Shown piece by piece: positions 1 through 8,342 of a DNA stretch of 27,272 bases. The notes below the pieces were generated by a model. It had not been told where the DNA came from. It searched no databases and was given only the letters and a program-made list of their open reading frames with translations. Source of the stretch: a virus (Duplodnaviria; Caudoviricetes); the IMG/VR virus record IMGVR_UViG_3300025048_000010, positions 1 to 27,272 of that record; one strand, given 5' to 3'. Within the stretch, counting starts at the first letter, position 1. The number at the start of each line of letters is the position of its first letter. A program made the position numbers and the translations under genes.

Positions 1-1800
1 AAAGATAGATACTTATGGCAGGATGAAACCCATGCACAAGAAGCATTCGCAAGAGCCTCAGTCTATGGTGCAACGTATCAAGAGTATACTGACTACGATC
101 TTGCACAGCGACTTTACGAGTACGCTAGCAAGGGCTGGTTCGGTTTTAGCACTCCTATACTTAGCAACGGGGGAACCACTCGCGGTTTACCTATTAGCTG
201 TTTTCTCAATTATGTTCCTGATTCGCGTAGGGGCCTTTCTGATCATTATGATGAGAACATATGGCTGGCGAGTGGAGGTGGAGGCTTGGGTGGATATTGG
301 GGTGATGTTAGAAGTAACGGGGTTTCTACTGCTAACGGTAGTCAGTCTACTGGTAGCATCCCATTCATGCATGTAGTAGACAGTCAGATGCTGGCCTTCA
401 ACCAAGGCGTTACAAGAAGAGGTAGTTATGCAGCGTATATGGACATCAGTCACCCAGAGATTGAAGAGTTCATTGCTATGCGAAAGACCACTGGTGGTGA
501 TCTTAACCGTAAATGTCTTAATCTACACAATGGTGTTAACATTAGTGATGCCTTTCTCAAGCGTGTAAAGAATGATGAGAACTGGAGACTCATAGACCCT
601 AAGTCTAAGCAAGCTATCAAGACTGTATCAGCTAGGGACTTGTGGTGGCAGCTACTACACACTAGAGCAGAGACAGGGGAACCTTATATTGTAAACATGG
701 ACAGGTGTAATGAAGCATTACCTGAGTCTCAGCAGGAGCTAGGCTTAAAGATACGCCAGAGTAACCTATGCTCAGAGATTACATTACCTACAGGAGAAGA
801 CCGTACAGCAGTCTGTTGTTTGTCCAGTGTTAACCTAGAGTACTTTGATGAGTGGAAGGAACACCCTATGTTCATTGCTGATCTAGTTACCATGCTGGAT
901 AACATCATTGAACACTTTATTGAGAATGCTTGTGGACGTATCATTAGATATGCAGATAACAGAAAACCATATGGGGCTACCTATGATGAATTCACTGTAC
1001 AAGAAGGTAAAGAAGGTTTTAAAAAAGCCGCTTATAGTGCATATAGAGAACGCGCAATTGGGCTTGGAGCAATGGGGTTTCATAGTTACTTACAACGTAA
1101 TAGCATTCCTTTTGAAAGTATGTACGCCTCCTCCTTCAATAACAGAGCTTTTAAACACATCAAAGAACAGGCTAGTGAAGAAAGTAAATTTCTTGGCCGT
1201 GTTCGCGGCGTTGCACCTGATATGGCTGGTAGCGGCATGCGTAATTCTCACCTTCTTGCTATTGCTCCTAACGCTTCTTCTTCAATTATATGCGGTGGAA
1301 CGTCTCCTTCAATTGAGCCTACAAGGGCTAACGTATTTACGCACAAGACGCTGACAGGCTCATACAAGGTACAAAACAAATACTTAACTGAACTACTGGA
1401 ATCTAAGGGGATGAACAATGAGAAGACTTGGAAAGCTATTGCGGCGGCTGAAGGCTCTGTGGCGGAACTTGATGGACTTACTGAAGATGAGAAAGATGTA
1501 TTTAAGACGGCACCGGAACTCAATCAGATATGGATTATTGAACATGCGTACCAGCGTCAGAAGTATGTATGCCAAGCACAGTCTGTAAACCTGTTCTTTA
1601 ACCCACCACCGGCTACAGCACCACAGGAGGTACATGATGAGTATCTGGAGTATGTTAACAGCGTACATTGGACAGGAGCTAACAAACTCAAATCTATGTA
1701 TTACCTGCGCTCTACAGCAGCTAGAAATACAGAGAATGTCAACATTAAGATACCAAGAATTAATCTTGAAGACGGGGAGTGCCTAAGCTGTGAAGGATGA
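1..1800 (+). CDS. nrdA: Ribonucleoside-diphosphate reductase class Ia alpha subunit, 5'-truncated by window edge
   Basis: Frame +1 is open from base 1 (KDRYLWQDE...STPILSNGG...LPISCFL) into the tracked ORF 286..1800. It has catalytic ISCF, SNLCSE and AVCCLSS motifs, AIAPNASSS, the radical-relay MYYLRS and a C-terminal CLSC pair. Confidence 0.97.
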   Translation, partial: KDRYLWQDETHAQEAFARASVYGATYQEYTDYDLAQRLYEYASKGWFGFSTPILSNGGTTRGLPISCFLNYVPDSRRGLSDHYDENIWLASGGGGLGGYWGDVRSNGVSTANGSQSTGSIPFMHVVDSQMLAFNQGVTRRGSYAAYMDISHPEIEEFIAMRKTTGGDLNRKCLNLHNGVNISDAFLKRVKNDENWRLIDPKSKQAIKTVSARDLWWQLLHTRAETGEPYIVNMDRCNEALPESQQELGLKIRQSNLCSEITLPTGEDRTAVCCLSSVNLEYFDEWKEHPMFIADLVTMLDNIIEHFIENACGRIIRYADNRKPYGATYDEFTVQEGKEGFKKAAYSAYRERAIGLGAMGFHSYLQRNSIPFESMYASSFNNRAFKHIKEQASEESKFLGRVRGVAPDMAGSGMRNSHLLAIAPNASSSIICGGTSPSIEPTRANVFTHKTLTGSYKVQNKYLTELLESKGMNNEKTWKAIAAAEGSVAELDGLTEDEKDVFKTAPELNQIWIIEHAYQRQKYVCQAQSVNLFFNPPPATAPQEVHDEYLEYVNSVHWTGANKLKSMYYLRSTAARNTENVNIKIPRINLEDGECLSCEG

Positions 1801-2041
1801 TCACCCTATGTATAGAGCATTGTTCTATATACAAGAGACTAATGAACATGTAAGGTGGCCTGAGTTTATAGAGTACTATAGACAGCAAGATAGAGAAGTA
1901 GACTATGATACCTACTGCTATCAGATGTGGGCCAGTTACATGGACAACCAGAATAAAAGAGAACTGTACCCTTTAAGATACAGGGAATACATAAAAAAGT
2001 ATAAAGATTTACTGGAGGAAGGATACAATGGAAGACCATAA
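1790..2041 (+). CDS. Hypothetical Tyr-rich protein (83 aa)
   Basis: GTG start overlaps the nrdA end, with GGGGAG upstream; it fills the gap in the operon. No recognised motif. Confidence 0.7.
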   Translation: MKDDHPMYRALFYIQETNEHVRWPEFIEYYRQQDREVDYDTYCYQMWASYMDNQNKRELYPLRYREYIKKYKDLLEEGYNGRP

Positions 2042-2093
2042 AATAAGATCTTTGAAAGACTACTACAAAGCACAGATAACTTGGGCGCTTTAA
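2028..2093 (+). pseudogene. Truncated 21-codon 5' remnant of an allele of the 2592..2795 gene
   Basis: MEDHKIRSLKDYYKAQITWAL* aligns with MIDSKITALKGYYSSLIDIHK at the start of 2592..2795, and both follow nearly the same 32-nt upstream sequence. Confidence 0.6.
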
Positions 2094-2110
2094 AAGGAGG
2101 AACGGTGAGT

Positions 2111-2551
2111 ATGAAGAATAGAAACCTAAATCACAGTGACGATTGGGCCACACCGGATTGGTTGTATGATAAGCTGAACACAGAGTTTAATTTTGACTTT
2201 GATCCTTGCCCTATTTGCTTTGACGGTATTACCCCAGACAAAGACGGTTTACTTATAGATTGGGGCGCAAGAAATTTTATTAACCCGCCATATAGTAGAA
2301 AACTAAAGGATTCTTTTGTAAAAAAAGCTATTAAAGTAGCGGGGATGGGTAATCTGTGTGTTTGTCTTTTGCCTGTTAGCACTAGCACCGCGCTGTTTCA
2401 CGACTACATACAACCCAATGCAGCCGATATTAGATTTTTGCGTGGCAGAGTTAAATTTGTTGGCACTAATACTTTTGGTGAAAAGGTCGATAATAAAGCT
2501 GGTATGCACGACTCAATGGTCGTAGTCTTTGACGGTAGGCGTAAGAAATAA
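2111..2551 (+). CDS. Phage DNA N6-adenine methyltransferase (phage Dam-like family)
   Basis: Motifs DDWATP, FDFDPC, catalytic NPPY, LLPVST and FLRGRVKF. SD AAGGAGG at 2094-2100 favours ATG 2111 over the tracked TTG 2081. Confidence 0.88.
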   Translation: MKNRNLNHSDDWATPDWLYDKLNTEFNFDFDPCPICFDGITPDKDGLLIDWGARNFINPPYSRKLKDSFVKKAIKVAGMGNLCVCLLPVSTSTALFHDYIQPNAADIRFLRGRVKFVGTNTFGEKVDNKAGMHDSMVVVFDGRRKK

Positions 2552-2591
2552 GCACCAGTAACGTATAAAGAGTTATTAGAGGAAGGGTACA

Positions 2592-2795
2592 ATGATAGAT
2601 TCAAAGATAACAGCACTTAAAGGTTACTATAGCTCTCTGATTGATATACATAAATCTGAATTACAAGTGTATATTGATAATCCAGCAGCTATAGGTGACC
2701 ATAGTAACCTAGTGGAGACTATGGATACACTAGTAGGTAAGATAGCTGATGCAGAAGATAAACTAATAGTATTGGAGACGCACTTCAGTGAATGA
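2592..2795 (+). CDS. Small hypothetical phage protein (67 aa, helical hairpin, YIDNPAAIGDH motif)
   Basis: GAGGAAGG upstream; overlaps the next gene; resembles small marine phage proteins with an NPxxIGEH motif. Confidence 0.75.
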   Translation: MIDSKITALKGYYSSLIDIHKSELQVYIDNPAAIGDHSNLVETMDTLVGKIADAEDKLIVLETHFSE

Positions 2796-3093
2796 AGATT
2801 TAATACATAAGATAAACCTCTGGAGTATGTCTAGAGGCATCATAAACAACAGCACACCATTGGCCCAGTTTGCAAAGCTAGTGTCTGAGGTAGGTGAGCT
2901 AGGGGATAACATAGCAAAGCAGAGGCCAGTGTTAGATGACATTGGTGACTGCCTTGTAGTGTTGAATACACTTGCAATTATGCACGACACCTCACTGGAG
3001 GAGTGTTTAAAGGTAGCTTACGATGACATCAAGGATCGCAAGGGACACATGAACAGCGAAGGTATATTTATTAAAGAAGGAGATGTAGCGTGA
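2788..3093 (+). CDS. MazG-like NTP pyrophosphohydrolase
   Basis: KLVSEVGEL and DDIGDCLVVL acidic metal-binding helices, followed by LEECLKVAYDDIKDRKG. Confidence 0.85.
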   Translation: MNEDLIHKINLWSMSRGIINNSTPLAQFAKLVSEVGELGDNIAKQRPVLDDIGDCLVVLNTLAIMHDTSLEECLKVAYDDIKDRKGHMNSEGIFIKEGDVA

Positions 3094-3446
3094 GCCTATC
3101 TTATTACTGGCCTCCCAGTGTAGATATTATAAAAACTTATGATCGCGGCCCCTATTGGCCTACACTTTCTTTATCTTGGTATGAATGGTCTTTAAGTTTT
3201 TGGCTAGGATACAAACTAGGATTTACTATACAAATACAAGACTGGGCGAATGGCTTTGGGGTTAGTGTTTTTAGTGGTGAAGGCAACGGTTATGAAAGAG
3301 GTAATTTCTGTGTTGCTTTCTTTCCTTTGTACTTATGGATTACTTATAATAGTGATAAAGAAGTAGATGAATTAGTGTTTGGCCCATCTAATGATGGATT
3401 TACAATGGATATTACTGGTGATTGGAAAGGAGATGAATTCGTATGA
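3090..3446 (+). CDS. Hypothetical aromatic-rich protein (118 aa), probable inserted gene
   Basis: GTGA overlap with the MazG-like gene and ATGA overlap with nrdB; SD AAGGAG; T-rich composition unlike its neighbours. Confidence 0.7.
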   Translation: MSLSYYWPPSVDIIKTYDRGPYWPTLSLSWYEWSLSFWLGYKLGFTIQIQDWANGFGVSVFSGEGNGYERGNFCVAFFPLYLWITYNSDKEVDELVFGPSNDGFTMDITGDWKGDEFV

Positions 3447-4414
3447 GCCTACTAGGAACAAGAGATTATTATAAACCATTTGAGCATCCTTGGATGTTTG
3501 ACTACTACTCACAGCAGAATCAGATGCACTGGTTCCCAGAAGATGTACCGCTGCACAATGATGTAAAAGATTGGCAGACCATGACCCCTGAAGAAAAGAA
3601 CCTGCTTACACAGATCTTTAGACTGTTTACACAATCAGATGTAGATGTTAGCTCTGGTTATGTAGATAGATACATGAAGATCTTTAAGAAGCCTGAGGCC
3701 CGTATGATGATGGGAGCCTTTAACAACATGGAGTCCATACATCAACATGCCTACAGTCTACTCTTAGACACCGTAGGAATGCCTGAGGTTGAGTATAAGG
3801 CGTTTGCAGACTATGAGGCTATGGCAGACAAGCATGAGTACATAGACTCTGTGAAGGTCACTAAGGGCGACAAGAGAAGCATAGCTAAAGCACTTGCTGT
3901 GTACTCTGGGTTTACTGAAGGTCTACAACTGTTCTCTAGCTTCATTATCCTACTGAACTTTCCTAGGTTTGGTAAGATGAAGGGCATGGGACAGATCATT
4001 ACCTATAGTATCAGGGATGAATCACTTCATGTAGAGGCGATGACTAAGCTGTTCAGAGAGTTTATACAAGAGAACATAGACATCTGGGACGATGACTTCA
4101 AGGCAGAGATCTACCAAGCCTGTAGAGAGATGGTGGCCTTAGAGGATAGATTCCTAGACCTAGTGTTTGAACAAGGAGATATTGAAGGCTTAACTAAGAC
4201 TGAGATGATGCAGTACATCAGGTACATTGCTGACCGTAGACTGCTACAGCTAGGACTGAAGCCTAACTACAATGTCAAAGATAATCCTCTGGATTGGCTG
4301 GATGATGTGCTAGGTGTAGAGCACCAGAACTTCTTTGAAGGCAGAGCTACTACATACATGAAGGCCGGTATGCGTGGTGACGTTGGAAAGGTTAAGTTTG
4401 CTGATGTAGCTTAA
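3443..4414 (+). CDS. nrdB: Ribonucleoside-diphosphate reductase class Ia beta subunit
   Basis: HWFPEDV, FTQSD, ESIHQHAY (E, H and radical Tyr spacing as in E. coli E115/H118/Y122), TEGLQLFSSF, RDESLH and NFFEGRATTY. Confidence 0.97.
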   Translation: MSLLGTRDYYKPFEHPWMFDYYSQQNQMHWFPEDVPLHNDVKDWQTMTPEEKNLLTQIFRLFTQSDVDVSSGYVDRYMKIFKKPEARMMMGAFNNMESIHQHAYSLLLDTVGMPEVEYKAFADYEAMADKHEYIDSVKVTKGDKRSIAKALAVYSGFTEGLQLFSSFIILLNFPRFGKMKGMGQIITYSIRDESLHVEAMTKLFREFIQENIDIWDDDFKAEIYQACREMVALEDRFLDLVFEQGDIEGLTKTEMMQYIRYIADRRLLQLGLKPNYNVKDNPLDWLDDVLGVEHQNFFEGRATTYMKAGMRGDVGKVKFADVA

Positions 4415-4423
4415 GGGGAACTA

Positions 4424-4447
4424 GGGGGCATTGCGCCCCCATTGTTT
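4424..4447 (+). terminator. Intrinsic terminator between the convergent arms, possibly bidirectional
   Basis: GGGGGC-attgc-GCCCCC followed by ATTGTTT, in the 33-nt gap between the nrdB stop and the convergent 802-aa gene stop. Confidence 0.8.
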
Positions 4448-6856
4448 CTATCTAGCCTCTTTAGCTTGCCTTAATAAATCAAATACTTCTGGATTGTTTT
4501 GTTCCAGTATATCTAACTTACCTGACTGCTGTATCCTGTCGTAAGCAGCTACCCTTCTTTTTCTATCAGCTTTTTTTAGTACCTCCGCACTACCTTCTGG
4601 CAGTAAAGGTTCTTTGTTTTGATCTCCGGTAGTATCAGCTAAAACACCCATCCGTATACTGCTAGGAACTACAGGTACACCCCCTCTACTATAATCTAAC
4701 CCTTTTTGCAAGTTTTGTTGAAAAGCTGTCTGACCTGTAATAAACCTCTGTGCTGATTCAGTTGACAGTAGTTTTCCTAACCCTGTTCCTCCTAGTATAA
4801 GTGATGTTCCTCTACCTAAAGCAGTACCAAGCAGACCGTCTGCCGTGATAGACTCAAAAATACTAGGGTTCTGTCTAGGCATTAGCTCTTTTAAGGAAGA
4901 CAGGCTATTGTCAAGCCTTTGTTGTTCGCTACGCAGACGGCTTACTTCTACACCATGTTCTAGTTTATTAGCTGCTCTAGCTTCTGTAGTTTTAGCAATT
5001 CGTTGTCTTTTAGCTAACTCTTTATTAGCATTAGTTATTTCATTTTTAAAAGCATTAGATTGATTTTGTAACTTGCCTGCATAAGAATCCATTATCTTTC
5101 TGGCTTCTTTGTCAGCCTGCTGTATAATAAAATCATCTCTATTAGCTACTAAATCACCCACCTCATCTGCTTCTTTTTGTAAAAGTCCTTGTCCTCTAGA
5201 TATAGATCTTTTACCAAACTGTTTAACAGACTCTAGCCATTCTTCAGGATTAAACTCTCCTTTCCTTCCGCTTTTAACAGAAGCCTTTGCAATTGAAGAA
5301 TCTAAAGTAGCCCTATGTGCCCATCTTGAACGGTCTTTTACAAAACTTTCTAAATCTTTACCTTCAAGTTGTCGTTCAATTATGTCATCAAAATAGTCCT
5401 GCATCCCATTAACTACTTTTTTTAGAGACATGTTACCACCATCAGGAAGTGCGTTAATCACTTTACCTATCTCACTACGCAAGTTAACTAAAGAAGACCC
5501 TGTTATTTTACCGTCTTTTACAGTGCTCTCTAAGTAAGTTTCTACCCAAGAAGACAATCCATTAGGCTTAGTCGCTAAATAAACTGATGCTTCAGTATCC
5601 CCTTTAATTAAAGACGCTAGCTTTGCTTTAGAAGCGTCAACTGATATACCAAAGTCTTGCTTATCTTTAGCACTTCTAAAACCTAAAGTAGACCAAAGAT
5701 CATCAAGATCTAAATTAGCTGTTCTTATCCCTTCGTTTTGTAAAGCCTCCACTTGCTCTTTAGTGGCTAGAGAAGGTGCTGAAGCAGCCACTGCTTTTTG
5801 CCTAAACAAAGACTCAGCAGCGTTTACTGACGCATCATAGTCATGTAAAGCTTTTATTTTAGCAGCAGCAATGTCATTGTCCATAACAGCATTAGTAGCT
5901 TTATCATCAACACCCGCTAGTGTTTCTAAATCTCTCTTAGATATTTCTGCTTCTTTTACTTTTTTACTAGCCACAGCAATTGCCGTAGCCCCACGGCGTT
6001 TAGCTTCCTGTATATTAGTAGCCAAAGCATCATCAATGTTAACTTTAGAAGCATCTACTTTATTAACAATACGTTGTGCCTGTTGAACTATAGCCCCTTT
6101 GCCTCCGAAACTTTTACTAACGATGTCACGGTAAAAACCAGCAGCCCCACTCTCAGTAAACACAAGAGGAACAAAGTCTTCTCCTGTACCTAAGTCTTGA
6201 GCTACCCTACGTTTAGCTAATGCTTTAACTCCTCCAACAATAGCCTCGCCTGCAACACCGCCAAGAGTACCTAGCATAGCACCGCCTATAGCACCTTCTC
6301 CTCTTTGGCCTTGTACTGCTGTTCCTGCTCCAGCAGCAGCACCTTCTAGACCTCCCGCCGCACCTGCTAAAGCTGTAGTTGCAGCTATTTGAGTGCCTCT
6401 GCCAGCGTTAGCTAACCTACCTGCTAGTAAAGCACCTCTAGCTGCTTGTACGCCTGCTCCGCCTAAGTAAGTAGCTGGGGACAACACAGCACCGCCAATA
6501 CTTAAACCAGCAGTTGCCACTGGAAAATCCTCATAAAATCTTTGATTTTCAGCATCAGCAAGCGTTAAGCGTTCACTGTAAATTTCTGAAAAGTCTCTGC
6601 CTGTCTCTAAAGACTCTATGTACGCAGGGACAGTTTCAGCTATTTCATCAGTAAACCCAAGAAACACCCCGTCTAAAAATATCTTAGCTGCTAAAGCAGG
6701 ATCATCAGTCCATTCTTTATCTTCTATGATACGGGCCATAGTTTCATTTACTTCTTCTTCTTCTCTTTTTTCTTTATCTTCAAAGGATCTAGAAGCTACG
6801 GTAGATAAAGGGTTTTCTTGCAAATACTTTTCGTATAAAAACTTCTGTTCTGCCAT
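4448..6856 (-). CDS. Putative internal virion / DNA ejection protein (802 aa)
   Basis: Last gene of the structural arm; DGVFLGFTDEI motif followed by a Gly/Ala-rich hydrophobic stretch and long helical regions, as in podovirus ejection proteins. Confidence 0.65.
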   Translation of the reverse strand: MAEQKFLYEKYLQENPLSTVASRSFEDKEKREEEEVNETMARIIEDKEWTDDPALAAKIFLDGVFLGFTDEIAETVPAYIESLETGRDFSEIYSERLTLADAENQRFYEDFPVATAGLSIGGAVLSPATYLGGAGVQAARGALLAGRLANAGRGTQIAATTALAGAAGGLEGAAAGAGTAVQGQRGEGAIGGAMLGTLGGVAGEAIVGGVKALAKRRVAQDLGTGEDFVPLVFTESGAAGFYRDIVSKSFGGKGAIVQQAQRIVNKVDASKVNIDDALATNIQEAKRRGATAIAVASKKVKEAEISKRDLETLAGVDDKATNAVMDNDIAAAKIKALHDYDASVNAAESLFRQKAVAASAPSLATKEQVEALQNEGIRTANLDLDDLWSTLGFRSAKDKQDFGISVDASKAKLASLIKGDTEASVYLATKPNGLSSWVETYLESTVKDGKITGSSLVNLRSEIGKVINALPDGGNMSLKKVVNGMQDYFDDIIERQLEGKDLESFVKDRSRWAHRATLDSSIAKASVKSGRKGEFNPEEWLESVKQFGKRSISRGQGLLQKEADEVGDLVANRDDFIIQQADKEARKIMDSYAGKLQNQSNAFKNEITNANKELAKRQRIAKTTEARAANKLEHGVEVSRLRSEQQRLDNSLSSLKELMPRQNPSIFESITADGLLGTALGRGTSLILGGTGLGKLLSTESAQRFITGQTAFQQNLQKGLDYSRGGVPVVPSSIRMGVLADTTGDQNKEPLLPEGSAEVLKKADRKRRVAAYDRIQQSGKLDILEQNNPEVFDLLRQAKEAR

Positions 6857-6857
6857 C

Positions 6858-8333
6858 TTAATTACTCATTAAATAATTTCTTTGGAACTCTGGGCTATAC
6901 AGCGCCTCTATTGCAGGGTTTCCTCTAATGGAGTCTAACATTAAAGGAGTAACAAAATCACTTGAGTAGTCACTATTTAAAGTTTCACCTATCTTTCCAT
7001 TAAAGTCATTGATGATAATTTCAACTTCCCTTGCTTTTTCTGCCTCCGTCATGTTTTGTGTATTAGGAGCAGTCCCGTTAAGTATCCCAGCTATAGCTGT
7101 AGAAGCACCCCTAGAAGATCTTCTATATCCTTCAGCGGCTGTATTTACATTAGCTATTGTTTTATTGTTAGATATAAATTTAGATTTAAAACCGTTAAAC
7201 TTTTCAGCAGCAGCTAATGTTCTTTGATAAGCATTAAGATAATTTAACATTTCCTGCTGACCAGCAGTTTCAGGCGGAAAACCTCTTTTTAATAACTCAA
7301 TGTCTTTATCTGAAGCAACTCCGGGAGGCAGGCCAGATATTATTCCTTCAGTTACTGTCCTGTTAAATTCAGTTCTTATTTCAGAAGGTGTATCTCTTGT
7401 GCCAAAAAGTTCTTTTACTGTTTCTTCTACAGCAACTGGCAAACCAGCACCTAAATCTTGTACAGTTTCTATTTTGTTAATTAAACCAGATACAGCAGTT
7501 CTCTTACCTCCAGCATCTGTTTCTGCTTCTTGATATTTTGCTAGTTGTGTAATAGTTTCTCCTTTCATACTACCAGCACTAGAATCAAACTTAGCAATAC
7601 TACTATACAAAGCATCTATTGTTTTTATAGATCCAGAATCAATGCTGTCAGATATTGCTTCTTCTTCTGCATCACTTAATCTATACAAAGGAAGAAACTT
7701 TTTGAAAGAGATAGCTGCTTTTTCTTCCTTTAATTTGTTATTAGCAGCGGTTCTCTGCGCTGGTGTAAGTTCTTTTGGATTGCTAAACACTTTTGTTACA
7801 GTTCCGTCATTATTGACACGAACTAACTCTGAACCGTCTGCTATTGTTTCTGTCTTAATTCCTGTTGTATTTGACTTTATAAGCTCATTAACTTTAGTTG
7901 GATCTAAACGCAAGTCTTTAGATATTTTACTTACAGTTTCTAAAAACTTAGGATTTTCGCTATCTGTTCTAGCTAAAGTAGCAATAGAGTTGTAACCGTC
8001 TATTTGACGTTCAGCAAGTGATTTTTCTTCTGCTTTTTCTCTACTAGCTTTTATCTTTTGAGCAGCCATAATTTGCTGTTGTGGAGTCCCTAATTGAGCT
8101 AATATAGTTAATTGCTGTTGTTCAGCATCAGGTGATTTAGGGTCTATCTGAGATAAAGCAGCCCTTAGTTGCTCTGGACGGCTTCTCATCTCCCTACCCA
8201 TCAAACTACCAAGACTTTTAGCCAGTAAGTTTGTAGGCTCATTGCCTCCAATTAGAGGCCTGCCTGTCACTTCATCTATTCTATTAGGAATTTGTCCTGT
8301 GAACAATCCCTGTAAACCTTGTGTTATAGCCAT
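6858..8333 (-). CDS. Putative internal virion / DNA ejection protein (491 aa)
   Basis: SD AGGAG; helical composition; PPGVASDKDIELL motif; middle gene of three large post-tail genes. Confidence 0.6.
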   Translation of the reverse strand: MAITQGLQGLFTGQIPNRIDEVTGRPLIGGNEPTNLLAKSLGSLMGREMRSRPEQLRAALSQIDPKSPDAEQQQLTILAQLGTPQQQIMAAQKIKASREKAEEKSLAERQIDGYNSIATLARTDSENPKFLETVSKISKDLRLDPTKVNELIKSNTTGIKTETIADGSELVRVNNDGTVTKVFSNPKELTPAQRTAANNKLKEEKAAISFKKFLPLYRLSDAEEEAISDSIDSGSIKTIDALYSSIAKFDSSAGSMKGETITQLAKYQEAETDAGGKRTAVSGLINKIETVQDLGAGLPVAVEETVKELFGTRDTPSEIRTEFNRTVTEGIISGLPPGVASDKDIELLKRGFPPETAGQQEMLNYLNAYQRTLAAAEKFNGFKSKFISNNKTIANVNTAAEGYRRSSRGASTAIAGILNGTAPNTQNMTEAEKAREVEIIINDFNGKIGETLNSDYSSDFVTPLMLDSIRGNPAIEALYSPEFQRNYLMSN

Positions 8334-8342
8334 TTATATCTC

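Noticed and set aside
23-376. 117-aa hydrophobic ORF in frame +2
   Set aside because: It overlaps the true nrdA N-terminus, which is open in frame +1 from base 1 with TPILSN and ISCF motifs; it is an off-frame shadow.
908-1354. 148-aa alternative-frame ORF in nrdA
   Set aside because: It lies wholly within a conserved gene, has no motif, and shows the Leu-rich composition of a frame shadow.
1-4414. Intron, intein or homing endonuclease in nrdA or nrdB
   Set aside because: Both frames are continuous with normal motif spacing; no intein termini or HNH/GIY-YIG/LAGLIDADG ORF seen. The only extra sequence is a short loop.
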